Below are positions 9,424-17,805 of a stretch of DNA of 64,000 nucleotides, piece by piece. Source of the DNA: Burkholderiales bacterium. GTDB lineage: Bacteria > Pseudomonadota > Gammaproteobacteria > Burkholderiales > Ga0077523. Location of the stretch: the NCBI GenBank assembly GCA_019745565.1, contig JAIESW010000038.1:11931-75930 (forward strand), read 5' to 3'. Every line of letters begins with the position of its first letter. Position 1 is the first letter of the stretch. The notes under the pieces were generated by a model. That model did no database searches and was not told the DNA's origin. It saw nothing but the letters and a program-made list of their open reading frames with translations. The translations under genes and the position numbers were made by a program.

Positions 9424-11223
9424 CTACCGCTCGGGCAACGCGAACACGACCACATTCTCGCCCTGCCGGAACCCGAACAGCGCATTGCCGCCCGCAGCCA
9501 CCGCGACGTACTGCCGACCATCGAGTTCATAGGTCACCGCTGGCGCATTGACTCCGGCACCGCAGTTGTAATGCCACAGCTTCTCGCCCGTGGCCGCGTG
9601 ATAGGCGTTGAAGTCGCCGTTGCCTTCACCGGTGAACACGACGTTGCCTGCGGTCGCAAGCACGCCGCCCACGAGTGGTTGGTCGGTCTTCACCTGCCAG
9701 CGGATCTTCCCGCGATTCTGCAGATCGATGGCGGCCAGCACGCCCCACGACGGGCCGGCGGAGAGCTCGAGCGCCGTATAGCGGACGGCGGCCTTGTCCG
9801 CAGTCGCCGGCACTTCGCGCACCATGTAGCGTGTAGGCATGTGCAGTGCGGCCACGTATGCGAGACCGGTGCGGGCGTCGTAGGAGACGGGCGACCAGTT
9901 GGCACCGCCGGCCGCACCCGGCGCGATGTCGATGCCTTCCGGCGTCGGCCGCATGAACGTGTTGGAGTGCGGCACGAAGGGTTCCGACTTGAAGAGCAGC
10001 TTCCCGTCGCGCCGGTCGAGGACGTACATCCAGCCGGTCTTGCTGGCCTGGGCGAGCGCGGGCACCCCCTTGCCGTCCACCTTCGCGTCGAACAGTACCG
10101 GCGGGCTCGCCACGTCGTAGCCCCACATGTCGTGCGGCACCTGCTGGTAGTACCAGCGCAGCTTGCCGGACGCCACGTCGAGGCCGACCAGCGACACCGT
10201 GTAGAGGTTGTCGCCGGGGCGGGTGACGTCGTCCATCTGCGGCGACGGGTTGCCGATGCCCATGTAGATCATGCCCAGCTTGGGATCCACGGCGGGCGTG
10301 GTCCACGCGGAGCCGCCGCCCCGCTTCCACGCGTCGTGGAATTGGCTGGCGGTCGCCTTCTCCGCCGCGATGTCGCGCTGCAGGTGTTCGCCGTCCAGCG
10401 TCTTGGTGCGGTAGTCCCCTTCCCAACCGTTCGGTGCGGTGGAATCGAACTGCCACACCTTCTTCCCGGTGGCGGCATCGTAGGCTGCGTAGAAACCCGC
10501 ACGGGTGTCTTGCCCCGCCATCCCGACGACCGTACCGACGGGCGCACCAGGACGATCGGCCTCGAGATGCAATCCGTAGCCGACGCCGGTGATGCCGATG
10601 ATGACCTTCCCGCCGAAGAGCAGCGGCGCCATGCTGGCACCGACGCCCGTGGTCCCCGTTGCCTGCTGCTTGCGCAGCGGGTCATCCGCCGCGAACTGGT
10701 CGGCTCGCTCGCTCGTCTTGTCCGAGTCCTCGGCCAGCAGGATGTCCCACGCGACCTTGCCGGTCTTCTGGTCGAGCGCGATCAGGCGCGCGTCCACGGT
10801 GCCGATGAAGACCTTGCCGTATCCCACGGCCACCCCGCGGTTGGCCGGACCGCAGCACATCTTCTCGGTGCGGCGCTTGTGCGTGTAGCGCCACAATTCG
10901 CGACCGGTACGGGCATCGAGGGCAACCACGTGGTTGAACGGCAGCGACAGGTACATGACGCCGTCCACCACGATCGGGGTGGCCTGGAACGTGGTCTTGA
11001 TGCCGCTCCGGTAGACCCAGCGCGGGACCAGCATCCCGACGTTGGTCGTGTCGATCTGGGTCAGGGCGGAGAAGCGCTGGTTGCTGTAGTCGCGCCCATA
11101 GGTGATCCAGTTGCCCTGGTCAGCGTTCGCACCGAGCAGCCGCGCATCGTCGATCACGCCCGGTTCCGCGAACGCGGCCGATGCGCAAATCGTCCAACCG
11201 ATCACCATCGCTTGCAGTCTCAT
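9424..11223 (-). CDS. Periplasmic PQQ-dependent dehydrogenase (methanol/ethanol-dehydrogenase fold), divergent active site
   Basis: Signal peptide; NWITYGRDYSNQRFS, QATPIVVDG, vicinal CC (MCCGPANRG), GGGSAW, GNPSP, PGDNLYT, Trp-docking repeats, YELDGRQYVAVAAGG. Confidence 0.9.
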   Translation of the reverse strand: MRLQAMVIGWTICASAAFAEPGVIDDARLLGANADQGNWITYGRDYSNQRFSALTQIDTTNVGMLVPRWVYRSGIKTTFQATPIVVDGVMYLSLPFNHVVALDARTGRELWRYTHKRRTEKMCCGPANRGVAVGYGKVFIGTVDARLIALDQKTGKVAWDILLAEDSDKTSERADQFAADDPLRKQQATGTTGVGASMAPLLFGGKVIIGITGVGYGLHLEADRPGAPVGTVVGMAGQDTRAGFYAAYDAATGKKVWQFDSTAPNGWEGDYRTKTLDGEHLQRDIAAEKATASQFHDAWKRGGGSAWTTPAVDPKLGMIYMGIGNPSPQMDDVTRPGDNLYTVSLVGLDVASGKLRWYYQQVPHDMWGYDVASPPVLFDAKVDGKGVPALAQASKTGWMYVLDRRDGKLLFKSEPFVPHSNTFMRPTPEGIDIAPGAAGGANWSPVSYDARTGLAYVAALHMPTRYMVREVPATADKAAVRYTALELSAGPSWGVLAAIDLQNRGKIRWQVKTDQPLVGGVLATAGNVVFTGEGNGDFNAYHAATGEKLWHYNCGAGVNAPAVTYELDGRQYVAVAAGGNALFGFRQGENVVVFALPER

Positions 11224-11327
11224 CTCGTCCTCGACAGGTTGCATTGTTCAAGGCGGCGGCCGCGCCCCGGCACGTCGCTCGGTACAATGATCGTTTCGGC
11301 AGCTTACCGAGGGGGAGAGTGAAAATC

Positions 11328-12545
11328 ATGAAAATCACCGCCGTCGAGACCATCCAGCTCGAGGAATTCCCGAACCTGCTGTGGGTGCACATCCACACCG
11401 ACGAGGGGCTGGTGGGCCTGGGCGAGACGTTCTACGCGGTGGCGCCGGTGGCGGCCCACATCCACGAGACGTGCGCACCCTGGCTGCTCGGCAAGAATCC
11501 CCTCGAGATCGACAAGATCTCCCACCACTTCCTCAACACCTATCTGGGCTTCAACAGCGTGGGCGTGGAGATGCGCGCTGCGTCCGCCATCGACATCGCG
11601 CTGTGGGACCTGTTCGGCCAGGTCACCGGCCAACCCGTCTATCAGCTCCTCGGCGGCGCTTCGCGCGACAAGGTCCGCGTCTACAACACCTGCGCCGGCT
11701 ACCAGTACGTGCGCGCCAAGCCGACCCAGGGCACCGACAACTTCGGGCTGCCGGCCAAGGTGGACAAGAAGAAGCGGCCCTACGAAGACCTGCAGGGCTT
11801 CCTGACCGACGCCGGCGCGCTCGCCGAGAGCCTGCTCGACATGGGCATCACCGGCATGAAGATCTGGCCGTTCGACGAGGCCGCCGAAGCCTCGAACGGC
11901 GCGTACATCTCGAACGCCGACCTCAAGAAGGCGCTGAAGCCCTTCGCCCAGATCCGCAAGGCGGTGGGCGACAAGATGGACATCCACGTGGAGTTCCATT
12001 CCATGTGGCAGCTGCCCGCCGCGATCCGCATCGCCGAGGCGCTCGAGGAGTTCGACCCGTTCTGGTACGAAGACCCGGTCAAGATGAACAACCTCGACGC
12101 GCTCGCCGACTACGCGCACCGTACCAACGTGTGGGTGACGGCGAGCGAGACCCTGGGGTCGCGCTGGGGCTTCCGCGAGTTGTTCCAGAAGCAGGCGGTG
12201 TCGGTGTGCATGCTCGACGTGGGCTGGGCCGGCGGCCTGTCGGAATCGAAGAAGATCGCCACCATGGCCGAAGCGTGGGCCCTGCCGGTGGCGCCGCACG
12301 ATTGCACCGGCCCGGTGATGCTCACCGCGTCGGTGCACCTGTCGCTCAACTGCCCGAACACGCTGGTGCAGGAGATGGTGCGGGCCTTCTACTACGACTG
12401 GTACCCGACGCTGGTGACGCAGTTGCCGCCGGTGAAGGACGGCTACATCCGCGCGCCCAAGGGTCCGGGCCTGGGCCTGAAGCTGCAGCCCGGCGTGGCG
12501 AAGCGCAAGGACGCGACGGTGCGCATCTCGAAGCTCGGAAAGTGA
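11328..12545 (+). CDS. Mandelate racemase/enolase-superfamily acid-sugar dehydratase
   Basis: MKITAVET, GLGE, SAIDIALWDL, KIWP, metal ligands E-F-H / WYEDP / ASE, APHDC; alternative GTG start at 11319. Confidence 0.9.
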   Translation: MKITAVETIQLEEFPNLLWVHIHTDEGLVGLGETFYAVAPVAAHIHETCAPWLLGKNPLEIDKISHHFLNTYLGFNSVGVEMRAASAIDIALWDLFGQVTGQPVYQLLGGASRDKVRVYNTCAGYQYVRAKPTQGTDNFGLPAKVDKKKRPYEDLQGFLTDAGALAESLLDMGITGMKIWPFDEAAEASNGAYISNADLKKALKPFAQIRKAVGDKMDIHVEFHSMWQLPAAIRIAEALEEFDPFWYEDPVKMNNLDALADYAHRTNVWVTASETLGSRWGFRELFQKQAVSVCMLDVGWAGGLSESKKIATMAEAWALPVAPHDCTGPVMLTASVHLSLNCPNTLVQEMVRAFYYDWYPTLVTQLPPVKDGYIRAPKGPGLGLKLQPGVAKRKDATVRISKLGK

Positions 12546-12552
12546 GGCACCC

Positions 12553-12882
12553 ATGAACACCTCATTGGAGACCGATCCTCGCGTGCTGTTGCTCTCGCCC
12601 GGTGACAACGTGGCGATCGCCCGGCGCGATATCGCCGAAGGCACCACGCTGAAGGTCCAGGGCCGCTCGGTGACGCTGCACCAACGGGTGCTGACCGGCC
12701 ACAAGTTCGCGTTCCGCCCGATCCAGAAGGGCGAGCGCATCCTCAAGTACTCGGCACCCATCGGTGTCGCCACAACCGACATCGCGCCCGGCGACCCGAT
12801 GCATCTGCACAACGTCGCGAGCGACTACATTCCCACCTACACCCTCGACGCGGGCCACGAGTTTCCCGGGGAGACCCACTGA
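12553..12882 (+). CDS. UxaA-family dehydratase small (SAF) subunit
   Basis: DNVAIA, GHKFA, I.KG..ILKY..PIG.A..DI..G..MHLHN SAF pattern. Confidence 0.9.
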   Translation: MNTSLETDPRVLLLSPGDNVAIARRDIAEGTTLKVQGRSVTLHQRVLTGHKFAFRPIQKGERILKYSAPIGVATTDIAPGDPMHLHNVASDYIPTYTLDAGHEFPGETH

Positions 12883-14081
12883 TGACCATCAACGCCTACC
12901 TTCGTGCCGACGGCCGCAAGGGCATCCGCAACGTCGTCGCGGTCGCGTACCTCGTCGAATGCGCCCATCACGTGTCGCGCGAGATCACCTACCCGTTCCG
13001 TGAACAGGGTGCGCACCTGATCGGATTTCCCGGCTGCTTTCCGAACGCGTACTCGTACAAGATGATGGAGCGCCTCTGCACCCACCCGAACGTGGGCGCG
13101 GTGCTCCTGATCTCGCTCGGCTGCGAAGGCTTCAACAAGGGCAAGCTGCTGGAGACGATCCGTGCCTCGGGGCGTCCCACGAAACTGCTGGTGATCCAGG
13201 AAACCGGCGGCACGCGCAGCACCATCGCCGAAGGTCAGGCCTGGGTGAAACAGACGCTCGCCCAGCTCGAACACACACCGCGCGCACCGATGGCCATCGA
13301 CGAGCTGATCGTCGGCACCATCTGCGGCGGTTCCGATGCCACCAGCGGCCTGACGGCGAACCCCGCCATGGGCCGGGCATTCGACTTCCTGGTGGAGAAG
13401 AACGCCGTGTGCATCTTCGAGGAGACCGGCGAACTGATCGGCATGGAGCACTGGATGGCGGAACGCGCACAGCATCCGGCCCTCGGCGAGGAAATCGTGA
13501 AGACGGTCGCGAAGGCCGCGAAGTACTACGCCACCTTCGGCCACGCGAGCATCGGCCCGGGCAATGCCGACGGCGGCCTCACCACCATCGAGGAGAAATC
13601 GCTCGGCGCCTATGCCAAGTCGGGCCAGTCCACCATCTCCGGCATCATCAAGCCGGGAGACGTGCCGGTAGGCGGCGGGCTGTATCTGCTCGACGTGGTG
13701 CCGGACGGCGAACCGCGTTTCGGTTTTCCCAACATCAGCGACAACGCCGAGATCGCCGAACTGATCGCGTGCGGCAGTCACGTGATCCTGTTCTCCACGG
13801 GGCGCGGTTCGGTCGTGGGTTCGGCGCTGGCCCCGGTGATCAAGGTCTGCGCGAATCCCGAGACCTACCGGCGCCTGCAGGACGACATGGACGTGGATGC
13901 CGGCCGCATCCTCGAGGGCCGCGCGAGCCTCGACGACGTGGGCCGCGAGATCCACGACCTGGTGCTGCGCGTGGCCAACGGTGAGCAGACGCGCTCCGAA
14001 GCGTTGGGTCACCAGGAGTTCATCCTGACCTACAAGAGTTTCGAACCGCTCGGACCCGCCTGTTTTCCTTCCGCCGCATGA
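12882..14081 (+). CDS. UxaA/GarD/SuyB-family dehydratase large subunit
   Basis: YLRADGRKGIRN, HPNVGAVL, LGCE, CGGSD..SG..ANPA.G, GN..GGLTTIEEKSLG, FSTGRG; TGATG coupling to small subunit. Confidence 0.9.
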   Translation: MTINAYLRADGRKGIRNVVAVAYLVECAHHVSREITYPFREQGAHLIGFPGCFPNAYSYKMMERLCTHPNVGAVLLISLGCEGFNKGKLLETIRASGRPTKLLVIQETGGTRSTIAEGQAWVKQTLAQLEHTPRAPMAIDELIVGTICGGSDATSGLTANPAMGRAFDFLVEKNAVCIFEETGELIGMEHWMAERAQHPALGEEIVKTVAKAAKYYATFGHASIGPGNADGGLTTIEEKSLGAYAKSGQSTISGIIKPGDVPVGGGLYLLDVVPDGEPRFGFPNISDNAEIAELIACGSHVILFSTGRGSVVGSALAPVIKVCANPETYRRLQDDMDVDAGRILEGRASLDDVGREIHDLVLRVANGEQTRSEALGHQEFILTYKSFEPLGPACFPSAA

Positions 14082-14461
14082 GACATCGCACCGTTGTCCT
14101 GATCGCCACCGCCTCGATGGTTTCGGCCTGCAGCACGATGAAATTCGACCTGGGCGTGGGCAGCCGAGTGGCAACGATCCCGCAGTCGCTGCTTGCAGCG
14201 ACACCCTGCGTTCAGCGCGAAGTGGAGGCTGTGTTCGGCGTGACGCCCGAACTGGTGGAGAACACCGACCGGTGGCACATCCGCCTGACCGTCACCCTGC
14301 CCGGATCCGGCAAGAAGCCGCCCGAGGTGCGCTACGTGCTGCGCGCGATCGACAGCAGCAACACGCGCGTGAGCTACGAAGTGGAAGGCGCGTCCGGCAT
14401 CGATCAACAGGCCTTCGAACCGATCGCGCGATGTGCCGGCGTTCGCGGCACGAAGTCTTGA
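14078..14461 (+). CDS. Hypothetical lipoprotein
   Basis: Lipobox-like VSAC after hydrophobic stretch; ATGA overlap with upstream gene. Confidence 0.65.
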   Translation: MRHRTVVLIATASMVSACSTMKFDLGVGSRVATIPQSLLAATPCVQREVEAVFGVTPELVENTDRWHIRLTVTLPGSGKKPPEVRYVLRAIDSSNTRVSYEVEGASGIDQQAFEPIARCAGVRGTKS

Positions 14462-14526
14462 TTCGCGTCCGGAACCGGGACTCGGTACTAGTCGAGGTCG
14501 GCGGCAACAAGGCGAACCACTGAACG

Positions 14527-14567
14527 CTCGAGGATCGCGGCGTACTGGAGCGGCCGCGATCCTCGAG
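14527..14567. terminator. Perfect 15-bp inverted repeat between convergent genes (bidirectional terminator/stabiliser)
   Basis: CTCGAGGATCGCGGC-N11-GCCGCGATCCTCGAG; no strong U-tract. Confidence 0.55.
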
Positions 14568-14573
14568 GGAACG

Positions 14574-15653
14574 TCAGAAGCGCGTGCGACGACGACGCGC
14601 GGACAGACCGAGCACCGCCAGACCCACGAACATGAGCGCGTAGGTTTCAGGCTCGGGCACCGGCGCGGACAGCGTGTAGCGATCGATCACGACATTCGAA
14701 TACGTGCCTCGCTGGGGCGTGACGTCGAACATCCAACCTTCGTACGCCTCCCATTCGGACGAACCGGTATAGCCGTGGTAGAAGCCGTAGCCCTTCAGCA
14801 CTTGCGCGGTGCCGTGGGACTCGAAAAAGTAGGACCCCCCATCCAGCGAGGGAATCGACGAACCCGAAGGAAACTGGTAAGCCCAGTCGAGGCCATCGCC
14901 TGCGAGGTTGCGGGCGAAGCTGAGACCATCGTGCGGCCCAGGTCCGCCGTACTCGTACTCGGAACGTACCTGCGTGAGTCGCGGATTCGACAGCGGGGCA
15001 TCGTCCGTCGTCGGCCCGCCGATGTTCACACCGGTCTCGTTGGTGCGATCGTTCATGCCCACCCGTACGCTGACGCCGACATAGCGTGTGTCGGTCTGCT
15101 CGGGACCATTCGGCAGGGTGATCTGCAGGTGATTCACGAGCACCTGCTGATAGGCCTGATAGTTGATGTTTGTGTTGCTGTCGTAGTAGTAGTAGTCGCG
15201 CGCGAACACCTCGAACGTGCCGCCGCCGCTGGCTTGATCGAACACGCCGATACCGCTGCCAATCGTCGTGTTCCCCGTGCCCTGAGGCATCGGTGAACCA
15301 GGGGAGCTGTAGTACCGCTTCAAGTTGTCGAAGGCCCCCGTCAGCGAGTTGCCCGCACCATCGGAAAGAGTCCAGCCACCGTTGAGCCCATTCAGGTACC
15401 CGGCGGACTGCGACGCTGACCCCGTGTAGCTTGCGCTGCTGGACGTAAGCGCCAGCGGCAGGTTGGAGCTCTTCACCACGCCAGTGACCTGCCCGGTAGT
15501 GATACCGGTACCAAAGTCAGTGATCTCCAGCCCTTGCTCGAACTGCACGATCGTCACGTTGTACGTGATCGCCTCGGCCTGCAGGCTCCAGAGACCCATC
15601 GTCGCCGCGATTCCCAATGCAAGACCACGGCCATACTTCGCGTATTGCCTCAT
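14574..15653 (-). CDS. PEP-CTERM exosortase-sorted surface protein
   Basis: Signal peptide ending AEA; S/T/G/Y/N-rich body; C-terminus APVPEPETYALMFVGLAVLGLSARRRR. Confidence 0.92.
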   Translation of the reverse strand: MRQYAKYGRGLALGIAATMGLWSLQAEAITYNVTIVQFEQGLEITDFGTGITTGQVTGVVKSSNLPLALTSSSASYTGSASQSAGYLNGLNGGWTLSDGAGNSLTGAFDNLKRYYSSPGSPMPQGTGNTTIGSGIGVFDQASGGGTFEVFARDYYYYDSNTNINYQAYQQVLVNHLQITLPNGPEQTDTRYVGVSVRVGMNDRTNETGVNIGGPTTDDAPLSNPRLTQVRSEYEYGGPGPHDGLSFARNLAGDGLDWAYQFPSGSSIPSLDGGSYFFESHGTAQVLKGYGFYHGYTGSSEWEAYEGWMFDVTPQRGTYSNVVIDRYTLSAPVPEPETYALMFVGLAVLGLSARRRRTRF

Positions 15654-15865
15654 GTCGGACCCCTTCTGTCAGGTTTTTCGACAGGGCGCTGCACTTCCCC
15701 GAATGCCCTGTTGATAGTGGGACTACTTGGTTCTTCCGGGCTCGGCGATCCTAGCTTTCCTATGACGGCAACATCAACTGCCGCGGACACGCGCCGGAGG
15801 CTTCATGGCGCTGCGCACGACGCCCACCGTCGGAAAGGAGAACCAAGCTCAGCGGCCGGACGCAA

Positions 15866-15881
15866 TGCAAACGCCGGACCA
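15866..15881 (-). promoter_or_regulatory. Possible sigma54 promoter of PEP-CTERM gene
   Basis: Minus strand TGGTCCGGCGTTTGCA (GG-N10-GC, TTGCA at -12); two mismatches to TGGCAC. Confidence 0.35.
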
Positions 15882-15889
15882 CGGACGAC

Positions 15890-17098
15890 TCAGTCGTTGT
15901 CGAGGCGCGCGTCGAATCCCAAAGATTTCAGGCGCGCTATCACCTGTTCGACGTGTCCGAAGCCGCGCGTCTCGAGCACGAAGTCCACTTCTGTCTCCTG
16001 CAGGGACAGATTGGTGAACGCGCGCTGATGATGCACTTCCTCGATGTTCGCGTTCGACTCCGCTATGGCGGCGGTCACTCGTGCGAGTGACCCGGGGAGG
16101 TCACGCAAGGTCACCGCGAGACGCGTGAGACGCCCGGTACGCACCATGCCGCGCTGGATCACGTCGGCGAGCGTCAACGGATCGATGTTGCCGCCGCACA
16201 GCACGAGGCCGACCCTGCGGCCGACGAAGCGGTCGCGATGCTTGATCAACGCAGCGAGCCCGGTGGCACCGGCCCCTTCGGCAACGGTCTTCTCGATCTC
16301 CAGCAGGAGCAGGATCGCCGCCTCGATGTCGCCTTCGTCCACCAGGAAGATCCCGTCGACCCAACGGCGCACCAGTTCCTGGGTCAGCACGCCGGGCTGC
16401 TTCACCGCGATACCGTCGGCGAGCGTGCTCGCTCCGAACGCGGGCATGCGGTTCTCGATCGCGCACAGCATCGAAGGAAAGCGCTCGGTCTGCACCCCGA
16501 CGATCTCGATGCCGGGTTTGATCGCCTTGGCCGCCACCGCCATGCCGGAGATCATCCCGCCGCCGCCGATCGGGACGATCAGCACGTCGAGTTGCGGAGC
16601 CGCCTCCAGCATCTCGAGTGCGATGGTGCCCTGGCCTGCGATGACCTCTGCATCGTCATACGGATGCACGAGCGTCAGGCGACGCTCGTCCCTGACTTGA
16701 AGCGCATGGGCGCGCGCTTCGTCGAAGTTCTCGCCGGCCAGGATAACCTCGGCTCCATGAGCGCGCGTATGCTCCACCTTCACGTGCGGCGTGAAGCGGG
16801 GCATCACGATGACGGCCGGAATGCCGAGCCGCCGCGCGTGGTACGCCACGCCCTGTGCATGATTGCCGGCGGAAACCGCGATCACACCGGCGGCGCGCTG
16901 CGCCGCGTCGAGCGACACCAGCTTGTTCAGCGCACCGCGTTCCTTGAACGACGCGGTGAACTGATGGTTCTCGAACTTGAGCCAGACTTCCGCACCGGTG
17001 ATCTCGGATAACGTGCGCGAATGCAGGCAGGGCGTGCGGGCAATATGGCCGGCGAGAACGCCGGCAGCGGCCTGGACGTCGGCCAAGGTGATGCTCAT
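15890..17098 (-). CDS. ilvA: Threonine ammonia-lyase (PLP) with single C-terminal ACT domain
   Basis: KFEN.Q.T.SFKERGA, SAGNHAQG, GQGT, PIGGGG, ADGIAVK, GGNID, ACT (LRDLPGSL). Confidence 0.88.
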   Translation of the reverse strand: MSITLADVQAAAGVLAGHIARTPCLHSRTLSEITGAEVWLKFENHQFTASFKERGALNKLVSLDAAQRAAGVIAVSAGNHAQGVAYHARRLGIPAVIVMPRFTPHVKVEHTRAHGAEVILAGENFDEARAHALQVRDERRLTLVHPYDDAEVIAGQGTIALEMLEAAPQLDVLIVPIGGGGMISGMAVAAKAIKPGIEIVGVQTERFPSMLCAIENRMPAFGASTLADGIAVKQPGVLTQELVRRWVDGIFLVDEGDIEAAILLLLEIEKTVAEGAGATGLAALIKHRDRFVGRRVGLVLCGGNIDPLTLADVIQRGMVRTGRLTRLAVTLRDLPGSLARVTAAIAESNANIEEVHHQRAFTNLSLQETEVDFVLETRGFGHVEQVIARLKSLGFDARLDND

Positions 17099-17171
17099 GA
17101 CTGCGGATTCCTGCGATTGGAAAGAGAGATGCGAGTGTCGCCGCAATCGCATCTGGCGGGAAGCCTGCAGT

Positions 17172-17240
17172 GGACGGCTCCACGCTCCCCATGGTCGCTA
17201 CCCCCGCGGGAGCGCATGGGTACCTTGGGGCGGCCGGCAG
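17172..17240 (-). repeat. REP-like dispersed repeat, family B (GGCCGCCCCAAG...GGGGG.AGCGACC...GGGAGCGTGG)
   Basis: Reverse complement matches the tandem copies at 30995-31159. Confidence 0.7.
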
Positions 17241-17255
17241 CCCAGCGGCACAAAT

Positions 17256-17280
17256 AAAAAAACCCGCCGCAGCGGGTTCT
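17256..17280 (-). terminator. Rho-independent terminator of cold-shock gene
   Basis: Minus strand AACCCGC-TGCG-GCGGGTT followed by T-run. Confidence 0.85.
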
Positions 17281-17310
17281 TCGAAAGTCGGTTTCGGCAG
17301 CCCTCGAACG

Positions 17311-17514
17311 TCAGATAGCCTGGATGTTGGAAGCCTGCTTGCCCTTCGGCCCGGTGGTCACCTCGAAGCTGACCCGCTGGCCTTCCTTCAGGGATTTGAA
17401 GCCGTTCATCTTGATCGCCGAGAAATGCGCGAACACGTCTTCACTCTTGTCGTCTGGAGTGATGAAACCAAACCCTTTTGCATCGTTGAACCATTTGACG
17501 GTACCCGTTGCCAT
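17311..17514 (-). CDS. Cold-shock domain protein (CspA/CspD family), 67 aa
   Basis: [18 protein letters not shown] (RNP1), VFAHFS (RNP2); GGGAGG SD. Confidence 0.97.
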   Translation of the reverse strand: MATGTVKWFNDAKGFGFITPDDKSEDVFAHFSAIKMNGFKSLKEGQRVSFEVTTGPKGKQASNIQAI

Positions 17515-17643
17515 GTTGTCCTCCCGTTGGGTTGAACGTTCGGGCTGCCACCCGCGCTGATGTCTTTGGGTGGCGAGACCGTGCGTGCAAGGACTGCATG
17601 GCGCTTCCATACCGCCGACTACCTGACCCCAAAACACGCGCGA

Positions 17644-17671
17644 ATAATACGCTTGCGCAATCGGTTCGCAA
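17644..17671 (-). promoter_or_regulatory. Sigma70 promoter of csp gene giving ~120-nt 5' UTR
   Basis: Minus strand TTGCGA-N16-TATTAT. Confidence 0.6.
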
Positions 17672-17762
17672 GGGTCGCACCCTCTCTGTGCGAAAGGCGA
17701 ACATGCCAACGCCATTCAACGATTTGTGTGCGCCGCAGCATCCCGAAGGGTGGCTCGGGAAA

Positions 17763-17783
17763 CCCGTATAAGTCTTATACGGG
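17763..17783. promoter_or_regulatory. Perfect palindrome (operator or terminator stem)
   Basis: CCCGTATAAG-T-CTTATACGGG, 10-bp perfect arms. Confidence 0.5.
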
Positions 17784-17805
17784 CACCCTATTATTCGATG
17801 GCGCG

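Noticed and set aside
11319-11338. Tandem TGAAAATCA repeat as operator
   Set aside because: Coincides with alternative starts (GTG AAA ATC ATG AAA ATC); explained by coding sequence and cannot be supported as a regulatory site
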